Both the position numbers and the translations under genes were made by a program. This document shows, piece by piece, positions 17,336-31,169 of a stretch of 64,000 nt of DNA. The notes below the pieces were generated by a model, which was not told where the DNA came from, did not search any database, and was given only the letters and a program-made list of their open reading frames with translations. The DNA lies in NCBI GenBank assembly GCA_964016885.1, contig OZ024759.1, positions 15,500,001 through 15,564,000 of the forward strand, read 5' to 3'. Source of the stretch: Eledone cirrhosa (taxonomy: Eukaryota). Within the stretch, counting starts at the first letter, position 1, and each line of letters begins with the position of its first letter.

Positions 17336-17516
17336 TACATTAACTATATATATATACGTTCGCCGTTGTTTGACTCAACAAGAAGTTTACTTAGTTTGGG
17401 TGTTAGGCTGGCCGATTCCAGACAGTTCCTAGCTAAGAGGTTCCTGGAGTATTAATAATAAAGAAGTGAAGAATAGCACCGACCTGCTGAACATCCTTGC
17501 TATTCTTCACTCTTAT

Positions 17517-17551
<35 letters not shown>

Positions 17552-17794
17552 GAGGAGGATAGCGAGAGGGAGAGAGAGAGAGATAGGGAGAGAGAGAGAA
17601 ATTGAAAATAGCATGGAAAATATATTTAAGGATCTGTTTTTCTTTATTGCCCCTTCTTTCATTCGTCAAAGTGACATTATTGAAAAAATGAGAGGGACAA
17701 TTCTTTAAAAAAAAAAGAGTTGTAATGTTTATGAAATATATATTATATATATAATATATATATACATTATATATATCCTTAAATGTCCCTTTAG

Positions 17795-17875
17795 ATGGTC
17801 GGACATAATGTTTTGCAGTATAGAGTTACGGCCCTTTACGGTCTGAGTTCAAATCCCGCAGAGGTTAACTTTGAC
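17795..17875 (+). mobile_element. SINE family 1 head fragment
   Basis: GTTACGGCCCTTTACGGTCTGAGTTCAAATCCCGCAGAGGTTAACTTTG. Confidence 0.8.
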
Positions 17876-18125
17876 TAAAAAAGAACGTGCTGAATAGAGT
17901 CAAAACATATTTAAACACAGTCTGTAGTTAGATAGATATTAAATAACTAAATGTACATAGTTGGGTTATGTCTTCTGTTGATTGTTTTTTTTCTTTTGAT
18001 ATTTTCAGATTCACTGTTCGTTAAACCTAAGGGTCAAATAACATTAAAAATACTACATAACTCGTTTCCTGAATTTATTAAATTCCGAATATAATTCAAT
18101 TTTCTACAAAAGCGAAGTTTCCAGG

Positions 18126-18165
<40 letters not shown>

Positions 18166-18421
18166 TCATACAAAATGTAGAAACGATTACGAATATTTCT
18201 AAAGACGAGAAGATGTTCACTGAGCAAAGCCGCTTCAGAACATAAATTTCGTAATAAAATTGAAAGGCTTCCAAACAATACAGAATTATTCATGGAATAA
18301 AGACTAGAAAGATCTTAACGAGAAAGGAGTCTCAACTGGTCAGTCCGTGTGAAAATTCCCACAATACATTTACATATTGCATGTACTCTCTTTGTTTTCT
18401 TATAAAGGGCGCCTAAGCGAG

Positions 18422-18474
<53 letters not shown>

Positions 18475-18578
18475 AGATTAATAAATGTTTGCTATATGGT
18501 TTTTATATATTTGATATATATATTATCCCTATCGAACCCTCTTCAGATTTTAGTCCTCACAGTTATTATTATTATTAT

Positions 18579-18633
<55 letters not shown>

Positions 18634-19293
18634 AAAGTAAGAGGTAGAAGGAGAGAGAAGGGGAGAAAGAGTATAGCAGTAAGGGAAGAGAAAAATACTT
18701 CTGCTTCGGTGTGACCTGTCTTTTTTAATTCTAATGTATCACATTCGCAACAACGCAGCAGGCCATTTTTTATTCATATATCTTTCCCCTTCGCTGTGAC
18801 CTGTCTTTCTGTCTTCCCTTACTGCTATCCTCTTTCTCCCCTTCTCTCTCCTTACTTTCCTTCACCCCTTCTGCTAGGCACCCTCTCTCGGCTAGCCTCT
18901 TCCTCACACTTTCATCCACTCACTCTCTGCTACTCACTCGCTCTCACTTCCGCCCGCCCTACCCATACCGAAATCCTTTTCTCGCTCACTTTTCGCATGG
19001 CAAAGATGCGTCTGTCGTCTTCTCGTCAAGGATTCGCTCGTTCTTATGTTCAGATGGATCACTGACTTGTTTTCCCCTTTTCCTCTCTTTACGTTGTCTT
19101 ACCATTTTTTTTGTTTACATGTCTCTCTTTTTCCGCCCAATTCTTTTTATCCCAATATCAATATCTTATTTTAGTTGTTGTTCGCACTGCTTTGAGGTAT
19201 CTGGTCTTTGTGCGAAGAAATATCTATGACGGCGAGAAGATCACTGATGATGAATAGTCACGTTTTATTTTTTTATATTTTAATCTTTTTTAA

Positions 19294-19325
<32 letters not shown>

Positions 19326-19370
19326 CGCACACATATATAGAGATTTATACATATATAGATTTATACATAG

Positions 19371-19403
<33 letters not shown>

Positions 19404-19555
19404 CTATATATGTATATATATATGTATAAATCTATATATATGTGTATATATATAAATCTATATATGTATATATTATATAAATCTATATATATGTGTATAT
19501 ATATAAATCTATGTATATATATATATAAATCTATATATATGTGTATATATATATG

Positions 19556-19590
<35 letters not shown>

Positions 19591-19665
19591 GTGTATATAT
19601 ATATGTATATATATATATATGTATATATATATATGTATATATATATATATGTATATATATATATG

Positions 19666-19700
<35 letters not shown>

Positions 19701-19715
19701 GTGTATATATATATG

Positions 19716-19746
<31 letters not shown>

Positions 19747-19773
19747 GTATATATATATGTGTATATATATATG

Positions 19774-19836
<63 letters not shown>

Positions 19837-19863
19837 GTGTGTATATATATATGTGTATATATA

Positions 19864-19908
<45 letters not shown>

Positions 19909-19909
<1 letters not shown>

Positions 19910-20066
19910 TTATTCCGGGTTGAATCGGAGGTAACCACAGTAAGTAAGGTACTCAATACATAGCAGAGTATAAAAGTTTTAATATATATGAGATTCTACA
20001 GGACTAGAACTGTTTCATTCTTTAGAAATCATCAGGAATCAGGATTCCTGATGATTTCTAAAGAAT
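19909..20066 (-). mobile_element. Family A fold-back element (second arm truncated)
   Basis: GTTATTCCGGGTTGAATCGGAGGTAACCACAGTAAGTAAGGTACTCAATAC… abutting a TA array. Confidence 0.85.
19992..20040 (-). ncRNA. Type I hammerhead ribozyme motif (family A)
   Basis: GAUUC-CUGAUGA-U UUC UAAA GAA U-GAAACAG UUCUAGUC CUGUA-GAAUC. Confidence 0.8.
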
Positions 20067-20254
20067 ATATATTCACAGAAAGAAGCCTTAACATACACAC
20101 ACTAGGACATACATACATACACATTAACGTATATATATATATACAGACATACATTCATTTATACTCAAAAGAAAGAATTGTAATAAAGGCAAGATGTTAA
20201 GACGCCAAAAAATAACAATATTAAAAGCAGTCTAAACAAGAAAACCACCAACAT

Positions 20255-21480
20255 CATCTCCACCATCACCGTCATGACACCAACACCACCGCCAACAAAA
20301 TAACACCACCGCCATCACACCAACATGACCGCCATCACAACAATACCACCGCCATCACAACAACACCACCGCCATCACAACAACACCACCGCCATCACAA
20401 CACCACCACCGCCATCACACCAACATCACCGTCATGACACCAACACCACCGCCATCAGAACAACACCACCACCATCACACCAACACCACCGCCATCACAC
20501 CAACACCACCGCCATCACACCAACACCACCGCCATCACACCAACACCAACACCACCGCCATCAGAACAACACCACCGCCATCACACCAACACCACCGCCA
20601 TCACACCAACACCACCGCCGTCACACCAACACCACCGCCATCACAACACCACCACGGCCATCACAACACCACCACCACCATCACAACAACACCACCGCCA
20701 TCACACCAACACCACCGCCATCACAACAACACCACCGCCATCACAACAACAACACCACCATCACACCAATATCGCCATCATAACAACACCACCGCCATCA
20801 CACCAACACCAGCGCCATCACACCAAGACCACCGTCGTCACACCAACACCACCGCCATCACAACACCACCACCGCCATCACAACAACACCACCGCCATCA
20901 CAACAACAACACCGCCATCACAACAACAACACCGCCATCACACCAATACCGCCATCATAACAATACCACCGCCATCACACCAACACCACCGCCATCGGAA
21001 CAAAAACACCGCCTTCAGAACAACACCATCACACCAACAAAACCGCCATCACAATAACACCACCGCCATCACACCAACACCACCCCCATCACACCAACAC
21101 CACCGCCATCGGAACAAAAACACCGCCTTCAGAACAACACCATCACACCAACAAAACCGCCATCACAATAACACCACCGCCATCACACCAACACCACCGC
21201 CATCACACCAACACCACCGCCATCACACCAACAAAACCGCCATCACAATAACACCACCGCCATCACACCAACACCACCACCATCACACCACCGCCATCAC
21301 ACCAACACCACCGCCATCGGAACAAAAACACCGCCATCAGAACAACAGCACCACCGTCATCACACCAACACACCACCGCCATCACACCAACACACCACCG
21401 CCATCACGCCAACACACCACCGCCACCGTCACACAAACACCACCGCCACCATCACACCACAACCACCACCAACAACAACT
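20255..21480. repeat. ~20 bp minisatellite CACCGCCATCACACCAACAC
   Basis: Dozens of tandem units; the T/P/H-rich ORFs are translations of the repeat. Confidence 0.92.
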
Positions 21481-22589
21481 AAACTGCCGCCAACAACATT
21501 ACTACTACTAACCATATCAACATCTACCGAAGCAACTACTACAACAAGAGCACGAATATCTAAAATACACTAGCGCCACCACACGGACGCCGCCAGACCC
21601 TCCACCACCACCACCACCACAGCAGCAGCAAAGACAACGACACTACGAACAACAACTACAAGTTTTGTAAAAGCATTATACAGAGACACAAGCACGATCA
21701 GCGACACCACCGCCACCATAACAATAACAACAACAACAACAGCAATACTAGCAACTACTACTACTACTACTATTATTATTATTACAAAAACAACAACAAC
21801 AACAACACTAGCAACTACTACTACTACTACTATTACAAAATCAACAACAACAACACCAACACTACCAGCTACTACAACTACTACTATTACAAAAGCAACA
21901 ACAACGCCAATCCTCGAACATCAACTACTACTACTACTACTACTACTAGTAGTAGTACAACAACAAGAACAACAACAACGACAGCAACAACTGCTACAGC
22001 AGCAGCCGCAGGAGGAGGAGGAGACAGATGAATATGTTTAATCTTGTAGGAAATATATTTTTTTCTTCTTTATTCTGCTAAGATGCGATTTCATTTGCCT
22101 TCACCTATAAATCTGCGTCTATGTACATCTCAGCAATGAATGAAATCAATAGCTTTGTTAAAAGTGGGGACTTTTTTCACCCTACACCGGTCTTTTGTTG
22201 TTTTCTTTATTAGTTTTTGTTGTTTACTGCTGAAGAAAGCGTTCGTGATGTCTGTCTTATCTCGTATAATTTCTACGTAAACTTATTTATAAGGAAAAAT
22301 TGCCTTCGTATAAGACAGTTTGCATGTATTCGTGTTTTTTTTTTTTGTGTGTCAGGTTTTATGAATGTAAGTTTTAGATAGGTATGTACGCATGCGTATA
22401 GTGATGTATGTACGATTGCGCCTATTATGTATGTGTTTATGTGAGTAGGAATGTGTGTGGGGGAGTGTCATGTAATTATATATGTATGTACTTGTGTAAG
22501 TATCGATGTGCGTATACATGTAGGCAGGTATGTGTGTTTGTCTGCATGCATTCCTATATATATATCTATATATATACATACATCCATCC

Positions 22590-22632
<43 letters not shown>

Positions 22633-23169
22633 AATATATACATATATATATATACAAATACTTACATATATCTACATACATGCACATATACACAAATACA
22701 CAAATACTTACATATATCTACATACATACACATATACATACATATGTGCACATACATATATCCATACAAAGTATATATACACAACACACACTTATATACA
22801 CATACATATATTCACATATACATATATATATACACACACATATATATATATATACACGCACACACAAATACACATATATATGCGCACACACACATAGACG
22901 TATATGTGCACATAGACACATATATACATACATACACACATGTATGTGCATGTATGTATGCTACATTCTAATTTCTTTAAATAATTGGAATTCTTTCAAA
23001 GATGGCGGAGCTGATTCTAACAAAAAGAGAAATGTCCATCATTGGAATTGTTATTCAAATAATAACAATGGTGAATGTCACATGTTGAACTTAAGAAAAC
23101 TTTTGCATATCTTTACTGTTCCACTTACAGATTGTATTAGTAAGGTGCGTGATGAAAACGAAAATGAAG

Positions 23170-23221
<52 letters not shown>

Positions 23222-23815
23222 CATACATATGCATACATATATATATATACGCTTACATACATATATATACACATACATATATATATATATATATACGCAT
23301 ACATACATATATATACACATACATATATATATACATATATATACATACATATATATACACATACATACATATATACATATATATACATATATATATATAT
23401 ATGTGTATGTATGTATACATACATATATACATATATACATATATATACACATACATATATACATATATATACACATACATATATATACACATACATATAC
23501 ATATATATACACATACATATATACATATATATACACATACATATATACATATATATACACATACATATATACATATATATACACATACATATATACATAT
23601 ATATACACATACATATATACATATATATACACATACATATATACATATATATATACACATACATATATACATATATATATACCCATATATACATATATAT
23701 ATACCCATATATACATATATATATACACATATATACATATATATACACACATATATATACATATATATATATATACATATATATACATATATATATATAT
23801 ACATATATAAATACA

Positions 23816-25771
23816 TAACTTTGAATAACTTTGAAATGTTTTGGCCAGTATTGGCCCAGGCCATGTCTAACTTAATAGCACCACCTGGCGAAGTCTTTCA
23901 ATTCAGGATTTGGGCACCATGGCCCATTCGAGAAGAGAATTACTGTTTGCGGAGACATATCCGGGTGTGGGTGGTTTGTCCGGGATTACTTGGAGGAATT
24001 TGTCCAAAGACTTCTTGAATTTTGTGTGGTCAGTTTCTGTTTTGACGTGTCCTGGTGTGATGTTGAAGAGAGCAGGGCCGATTGAGGTGAAATAATTGTG
24101 CCGTATTGTTGTTATGAGTTGCGATTTAGATTTTTGAATGGGACGGATAGCACGGGGCCCAAGCCTTGGGTGTATCTTGAAGGCGATGCCAACATCATTT
24201 GGGCAGTGATGATGGAACATTTTCCACATCATGCAGATAATATAACGCTCACGGCGACGTTGGAGTGAGTAAAGTTTCAGGTTTTCTAATCGACCCCAGT
24301 AGTCAAGGTCTGACATGCCATCTATCTTTTTAGTGATTGCCCTTTGAGGAGCTTCAAGTTTCATGATACTTTGTTTCGTGTGGGGAGACCACAGTGGGCA
24401 ACAGTATTCAAGGTGTGGTCGGGCGAAAGTAGAGAAGAGAAGGATAATGGTGCGGGAATCTCTCGACTGGAAGGTTCTGAGGATCCAGGAACACATTCTG
24501 CGGGCCATGTCTACTTTGCTGCTTATATGCGTGGTCCAGCTTATGTTGCTGTCCACGGTTACTCCCAAGTCTCTGATGTTGTTAGATGCCACGAGAGTTT
24601 CCCCGGAGGGAAGGGAGTACGGGAGTTTCAGAGCATCCTCTTTTCCAAAGTGGATCAGTTCGAATTTGTCTTCGTTCAGTAACATGTTGTTCTTTTCTGC
24701 CCATTGGGTAACAGCCAGTAGGTCTGACTGAAGGCTTATCCGGTCATCCACGCCATTGATGACCTTTTGGAGCTTGGAATCATCAGCGAAAATTTTAATG
24801 TTGCTGTGTTTGATGATGTCAGTGATGTCATTAATATAGATGATGAAGAGAAGTGGGCCCAACACAGTGCCTTGTGGGACCCCACTACTGACTTTGGCTG
24901 GGCTTGATTTGACTCCCTCAACTACAACATGTTGGGTTCTGTTTGACAGGAAGCTCTTGATCCACTGCAGCAGCTTTCCAGTGACACCAATATTGGACAG
25001 CTTTCTCAGTAGAATGTTATGATCAACCCTGTCAAAGGCCTTGCTGAAATCAAGGTAGATAACATCAGTGTTGGAACCCTCTCCCAAGGCTCTCAAAATG
25101 TCATCAAAGTGATGCAGTAGCTGCGTCAGGCAATCCCTTCCATTACGGAATCCATGCTGGTTGGAGTTCAGCATATTGCTACTCTCAAGGAAGTGGGTCA
25201 TTCGCGATCTCACCACTCGCTCAAATACCTTAATGATATGAGAGGTGAGTGAGATTGGACGGTAATTCACGGCAAGGGATTTGTTTCCCTTTTTGAAAAC
25301 TGGGACAACAGACTGGGATAGAAGGTTTTCTGGCACATATCCAGCATCCAGTGAGTTCCGCCACAGGTTGGCAAGAGGAGATGCAAGTTGGTGTTGACAC
25401 GCCTTCAAGACACAAGCAGGGAACCTATCGGGACCTACTGCTGAATTATGCTTGATTTCCTTTATTGCCGCCAAGACATCAGGGGCGCCAAACGTTATGT
25501 CCGATAAGGTGTAATGGGGAGTAACATCGCCGATACAGCCGAGATCGGCCATATCAGGATTGCTGAAAACAGAGCAGTATTGTTTCTGCAGTATCTCACC
25601 CATGGTTTTAGCATTGTCTTGAAGAGTGCCATTTTCATCAATTAGAGGGCCAACAGTAGAGCCAGTGATTTTGTGTTTTTTTGCAAATGAAAAGAACACT
25701 TTGGGATTGAGTTTGATCTTCTCAATGGCCCAGGCCTCTTCAGCTCTTCTCTGATTGTTGATGAGGGACAT
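23816..25771 (-). mobile_element. 5'-truncated CR1/L2-group LINE (second family)
   Basis: RT ORF plus 3' tail (TTCAAAGTTA)2 on the minus strand adjoining a TA/CA array. Confidence 0.93.
23903..25771 (-). CDS. Reverse transcriptase, partial (~622 aa, open frame, no APE domain)
   Basis: [65 protein letters not shown]; the first 23 aa of the track ORF derive from the adjacent SINE and its TSD. Confidence 0.95.
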   Translation of the reverse strand: MSLINNQRRAEEAWAIEKIKLNPKVFFSFAKKHKITGSTVGPLIDENGTLQDNAKTMGEILQKQYCSVFSNPDMADLGCIGDVTPHYTLSDITFGAPDVLAAIKEIKHNSAVGPDRFPACVLKACQHQLASPLANLWRNSLDAGYVPENLLSQSVVPVFKKGNKSLAVNYRPISLTSHIIKVFERVVRSRMTHFLESSNMLNSNQHGFRNGRDCLTQLLHHFDDILRALGEGSNTDVIYLDFSKAFDRVDHNILLRKLSNIGVTGKLLQWIKSFLSNRTQHVVVEGVKSSPAKVSSGVPQGTVLGPLLFIIYINDITDIIKHSNIKIFADDSKLQKVINGVDDRISLQSDLLAVTQWAEKNNMLLNEDKFELIHFGKEDALKLPYSLPSGETLVASNNIRDLGVTVDSNISWTTHISSKVDMARRMCSWILRTFQSRDSRTIILLFSTFARPHLEYCCPLWSPHTKQSIMKLEAPQRAITKKIDGMSDLDYWGRLENLKLYSLQRRRERYIICMMWKMFHHHCPNDVGIAFKIHPRLGPRAIRPIQKSKSQLITTIRHNYFTSIGPALFNITPGHVKTETDHTKFKKSLDKFLQVIPDKPPTPGYVSANSNSLLEWAMVPKS

Positions 25772-25788
25772 TATGTTATATATATAAT

Positions 25789-25975
25789 GGCGGTGGATTG
25801 GCAGTATCGGTAGAGGTTCGGACGCCATGCTTTGACGCATAGCGTTACGGCCCTTGCCATTCTGAGTTCAAATCCCGCCGAGGTTAACTTTGCCTTTCAT
25901 CCTTACGGGGTCGATAAAATAAAGTACCAGTAATGTACTGGGTAATTTTCTGGCCTTGTGCCAATAGTAGAAACA
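25789..25975 (+). mobile_element. SINE family 1, full-length, with 17-bp TSD
   Basis: A-box-like TGGCAGTATCGG, B-box-like GAGTTCAAATCCC; TSD ATTATGTTATATATATA at 25770-25786 and 25976-25992. Confidence 0.92.
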
Positions 25976-26247
25976 ATTATGTTATATATATACATATATA
26001 TATATAAATACATTTATATACATATATATATAGATATATATATATAAATACATTTATATACATATATATATACATATATATATATACACATATATATATA
26101 TACATATATATATATACACATATATATATATACATATATATATATACATATATATATATACATATATATATATACATATATATATATACATATATATATA
26201 TATACATATATATATATACATATATATATATACATATATATATATAC

Positions 26248-26296
<49 letters not shown>

Positions 26297-26351
26297 AATA
26301 CATTTATATACATATATATATACATATATATATATAAATACATTTATATAC

Positions 26352-26384
<33 letters not shown>

Positions 26385-26756
26385 CATATATACACATATA
26401 TACATATATATACATATATACACATATATATATATACATATATATACTTATATATATATACATATATGTACATACATATATATATACATATATGTACATA
26501 CATGTACATACATATACATACATAGATGTGAATGTGTATATGTATCGTATGAAGAAACTTTTGTCGAATTGGTTCCATATTGACAACCAGAGAGCCTTTA
26601 GCATATTAAACCAGGCGGAGCTCCTGCGCTCATTGGTGGGCGGTGAGCCCAGCATATCTTTTCGGAGGAAGTGAGGTGGTGATAAATCGAAAGAGAGAAA
26701 AATATATGGAGCAAGAATTGATCCCAGTACTATTAGACTGCTACTATATATATATA

Positions 26757-27509
26757 TGAAGGCCCCACTCGGTCACGAATGACTATGGTTTTGCACCTAG
26801 AAAGATTCCCTCTGAGGCACAAGCCTGGGCAAGGTTTGTTTTTGTGAAAGACCAGCAGCCGCCCATACATACCAGTCTACCCTCTCCATGCTACCGATGT
26901 TATACAAGAGAAAGATTGTGGCTGATACAGCTTTGCACCAGTGACAACACAATATATACTATATACTCTCTATATATACACTCTATACTCTATATATACA
27001 CTATATATGATGATGTCCAAGGGAATGGCATTGACCGATACAGCTTGGCACCAGTGACGTGGCAACTCATTTCTGCAGCTGAGTAAACTGGAGCAACGTG
27101 AAATAAAGTGTCTTGCTCAAACACACAACGCATCACACGGTCCGAGATTCGAATTCACAACCTCTCGATTGCAAGCCCAATGCTCTAACCCAGGCATGGG
27201 CAACCTTTTTCGAGAAGCGGGCCGCCTCAGATATGGCTCCTCATCAGGCGGGCCCCAAGTGCAAATTTACATTCGTGCCCTCATTTACAAAAGGGCTGTA
27301 ACTCAGGTTGTTTTGATTTGTTTCTTCAGAATTCGTACACGTTGTTTTCCTCGATCGTAAAAATGATAGAAAGATAAATTTCGATTGAAAAGTTGGGGTA
27401 AAAAAAATCAGAAAGATTTCACTTAGGTGACTTAGGCGAACCATTCAGAAAGCTGCGCGGGCCGCAGGTTGCCCACGGCTGCTCTAACCACTAAGCTATA
27501 CGCCTTCAC
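26757..27509 (-). mobile_element. tRNA-derived SINE family 2, interrupted by a hAT MITE
   Basis: Minus-strand head GGCGTATAGCTTAGTGGTTAGAG…GAATTCGAATCTCGG; body shared with 42915-43272. Confidence 0.85.
27191..27481. mobile_element. hAT-superfamily (Charlie-like) MITE, 291 bp
   Basis: TIRs CAGGCATGGGCAACCT / AGGTTGCCCACGGCTG, perfect 8-bp TSD CTCTAACC, subterminal GCGGGCCGC. Confidence 0.92.
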
Positions 27510-28270
27510 TGGTACTATGTTTATGGACATCCTGATAATGGAAGGCAAAATTGTCCTCAGCATGTTTCGAACTCAGCTAGCGCAATAACTCGGAAGGAAC
27601 GCCACCAAGCATTTTTACCGACTCTGCCACTTCGCTGCATTATATGTATAATACACTGTAATGTATTATACATATAATATGTATAGTACCAGTAATACAC
27701 TGGGATAATTGCTGGCCTTGTGCCAAAAGTAGAAACAATTATATGCATAATACACACAAATAAATGTGTGTGTGCATGTATGTGAGTGTTGTGTGTGTGT
27801 GTTGTGTGTGTGTGTTGTGTGTGTGACGTGTGTCTATACCGTGCCACCATCAGATTTCCTCGGTATATTCCATGAAGTTCAAAGATTTTTCAGTAAATAA
27901 CATTTTCGAGAAAAAATTCAGGTGTAATTTTTTGTTCAGTTTTGATTAATTTCATGAAGCAGATGTATATACACAAAGATACCTTACATAAACATACATA
28001 AACACACACACCTATATATATATATATATACACACATACATATATATGTATATATACACATTCATATATATATATATATACACATTCATATATATATATA
28101 CACATTCATACACACACACATATATATATATATGTATATACGTATACATACATATAGGCATATATATATATATATATATATATACATATGTGCATACATA
28201 TATGTATATGCTTATATATATATGTATGTGTGTGTGTATGTGTATACATGCACACTCACACACAATCAAG

Positions 28271-28359
28271 CACACAGTTACATACATGTATCTGTGAAAA
28301 ATTGAAAGTTTGCTTAACAGCAAAATAACGTATACTGAGATTGTTTTCTGTTGCGGCTC

Positions 28360-28405
<46 letters not shown>

Positions 28406-28494
28406 GAGCCGCAACAGAAAACAATTTCAGTATACGTTATTTTGCTGTTAAGCAAACTTTCAATTTTTCACAGATACATGTATGTAACTGTGTG
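28271..28494. repeat. Near-perfect palindrome (~100 bp arms) centred on (TG)(TA)(CA)
   Basis: CACAGTTACATACATGTATCTGTGAAAAATTG…GCGGCTCT mirrored with about 1 mismatch. Confidence 0.95.
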
Positions 28495-28563
28495 TATATA
28501 TATATATATACACACACACACATATATATATATATATACACACACAGATATATATATATATAT

Positions 28564-28706
28564 ATAAAGAAAAAGAGATGAAATCGAAAATGCAACTGGA
28601 GTCTTATTTTTTAAAAAAATTATATATATTTATTTGGTTCCTTTACCGGTTTCGCAGTTCTTCTGCTTTTCAAAAGGTGAGTTGAGATGGAGGGTCTGTG
28701 GTTTTT
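28564..28706. repeat. Inverted partner of 486-628
   Basis: Reverse-complement match. Confidence 0.9.
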
Positions 28707-30067
28707 CTCACATCTGGTTGGTCTCTGAATGTTACTTGTTTTATATGGAAAAAGTAGCTCGAAATGCCAGGTTTTTCGAGAAGTAATTTGATTGGTTTGT
28801 CAATAATTATAATAAATTTCGCGCCAGTTCGCGTTACAATAGTTCTTCAAATAAGAGTGGGGGGGGGTTGCCACAGGTTGTGTTTTCATATATGAGTGTT
28901 TGAATTTCTTTTTACTTGAAAAAAGGAGGCTCACGATATGTGTGATATATATATATATATATATCACACACATATATATATATATATATATATAATAGAA
29001 AAAACGAGGAAGTTTCGTTTACATATGAAAAATGTGTATCAACCTGTTATGCACGTTACGCAGAGGATTGGCTCAAAGTGACCCATAGGAGTTATGGATC
29101 CGACTCAAGTATCGATCTCCTCCTTTGACTGGTAATACGACAAAATATATATTTTTGTTGTGGTATGTGGACCGAGAAGGTATATATATAGGATTCGGCC
29201 CTATTTTTTGTGTATTTTGGTGTAATGGTGCGGCCATGCGGGTGTGTGACAGGCAGTTGAAATATAGAAAAGATTGAAAGAGGTGGAGGACAAAGAAAAA
29301 TCTGTTGGTGTATAAAAGTGACTGGAAGAAGGAAATAAAGAAAGGTGATGTACAAGATAAGGTGATGTACAAGATAAGTTCACACATAAACACACACATC
29401 TTCACCATCACCTACATCAGCTCTGAAATATACGTCCTTGTGCTTGGCATATGTCTATGTATTTTGAACGTAAGTGTACACTCGTGTGGTGGTATTAATT
29501 TTGAACTTAAGCAAGTCGGATGTATTAAATGTTAGTTGTGACCGAGTATTATATAAAACGGAAACAGGAATAAAAGGGGGTGGGGGTGAGTAGCAGAAAT
29601 TGAGAAACAAAAAAAAATAATAATTAGAATAATAAAATTAAAAAAAAACAAACTAATTAACGTTTTGGGGAAGCTTAATTAATGTCTTGTAATATTCAAT
29701 TGGGAGAAGAATTGCAGTCTCTTTAAAATGTCAGGTGTCTAGTATTTGCGTTGTTTCACTGAAATCTCTCGTGTGCTATCAATAATAGAGGCTGCTACGT
29801 GGATAGAAACTACTTGGCAAATATTGTTGGTCATGTGATTGCTGTTAACTCTACGAAATATGATGAATGTGTTGTATTTGATTGTTTCAGCACCAGTACA
29901 CCGATAACCAAACAATCCCCTTCTGCTCAAACGTTTTCCAACCATTTTTGGTCTACATTTGGCTGAAACGTTCATAGGTTGACCAAGATAATCTCATGAG
30001 GTTTATCATTAAACATTCTTATACCTAGAGAAAAACATTGTAGATTATATATATATATATAAGTTTG

Positions 30068-30399
30068 AAAAAAGGAAAAGAATGACTTCACTTGCAGTTC
30101 TAAACAATTTGATTTAATTTTATAATATAAAAATTGTTTCTACTTTAGGCACAAGGCCAGCAATTACCCAGTGCATTACTGGTACTTTCTTTTATCGACC
30201 CCGTAAGGATGAAAGGCAAAGTCAACCTCGGCGGGATTTAAACTCAGATCGTAAAGGGACGTAACTATGCTGGAAAGCATGGCGGCCGACCCTCTACCGA
30301 TACTGTCAATCTACCGCCCTATTTTTATAATATAATAATAATATAAAATTAAATCAAATTGTTTAGAACTACAAGTGAACTCATTCTTTTCCTTTTTTT
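30068..30399. repeat. Palindrome (~57 bp arms) split by a SINE at its centre
   Basis: AAAAAAGGAAAAGAATGACTTCACTTGCAGTTCTAAACAATTTGATTTAATTTTATA mirrored at ~30342-30399. Confidence 0.9.
30131..30322 (-). mobile_element. SINE family 1, full-length, with 13-bp TSD
   Basis: TSD TTTTATAATATAA at 30118-30130 and 30323-30335. Confidence 0.92.
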
Positions 30400-30473
30400 A
30401 AATATACCTGACTGTACCAACGATTTCACACATTTTCCAATAATCCCCTCAATCTACGTAATTTCTTATTCTT

Positions 30474-30509
30474 TCTTCTGATGAAGGACTAGCGTCCTAA
30501 ACGTTAAGA
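30474..30509 (+). ncRNA. Degenerate minimal hammerhead motif
   Basis: UCUU-CUGAUGA-A GGAC UAGC GUCC-UAAAC GUU-AAGA; G of GAAA replaced by U. Confidence 0.5.
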
Positions 30510-30537
30510 CCCTCTTCCTGCTATATCAAGCGTTAAA

Positions 30538-30857
30538 CTGAAATATAGCTTAAGAGAAATTTGACAATAAGGAGAGGCACCCCAAATTTGAACTTGTTTA
30601 TAGAATTCTTTCTGCCTTTGTCACTCTAAGTAAAACTTTAAAGAATTCCCCTTTCTTTAACCCATCAACCATGACTGACCTCCAACCATCTTATATGACA
30701 CCTGAAATATAGGCATTGTTAGCTTAAGAGAAACCTAAAAATAAGAAGTGGCACACCAATTTGAACTTGTTTATAGATTTCTTTCTGCCTTTGTCACTCT
30801 AAATATAAATTATAGCTTTAAAGAATTAGCTTTTAATGAATTCCCTTTTCTTTTAAC
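30538..30857 (+). repeat. Diverged direct duplication (~125-155 bp units)
   Basis: CTGAAATATAG…AATTTGAACTTGTTTATAGA…TTTCTGCCTTTGTCACTCTAA occurs twice. Confidence 0.8.
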
Positions 30858-30940
30858 AAATGGCCTCCACCCATCCCACTCCGCACCCTCTCCTACCACA
30901 AAAAAAGATATAAATACCACCATATTTACTCGAACAGTCA

Positions 30941-30988
30941 GATTCCTGATGATTTCTCACGAATGAAACAGTTCTAGTCCTCTAGAAG
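30941..30988 (+). ncRNA. Family A hammerhead motif, degenerate
   Basis: CUGAUGA…GAAACAG…CCUCUA; stem III C-G pair broken. Confidence 0.55.
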
Positions 30989-31113
30989 CTATTCTATGTT
31001 GAAACTATATATATATATATATATATACATACGTTATTCCGGGTTGAATCGGAGGTAACCACAGTAAGTAAGGTACTCAATACATTGCAGAGTATACAAG
31101 TTTTAATATAGAT

Positions 31114-31166
31114 GAGATTCTACAGGACTAGAACTGTTTCATTCTTTAGAAATCATCAGGAATCTC
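31114..31166 (-). ncRNA. Type I hammerhead ribozyme motif (family A)
   Basis: GAGAUUC-CUGAUGA-…-GAAACAG…CUGUA-GAAUCUC, 7-bp stem I. Confidence 0.8.
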
Positions 31167-31169
31167 AGT

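Noticed and set aside
19235-19265. CTGATGA core
   Set aside because: No GAAA/stem III partner follows
20325-21057. Mucin/extensin-like T/P/H-rich ORFs
   Set aside because: A ~20 bp repeat giving the same peptides in rotating frames
28288-28320. Hammerhead in the 28271 palindrome (CTGTGA…GAAAG)
   Set aside because: Core lacks a conserved A and the stems do not form
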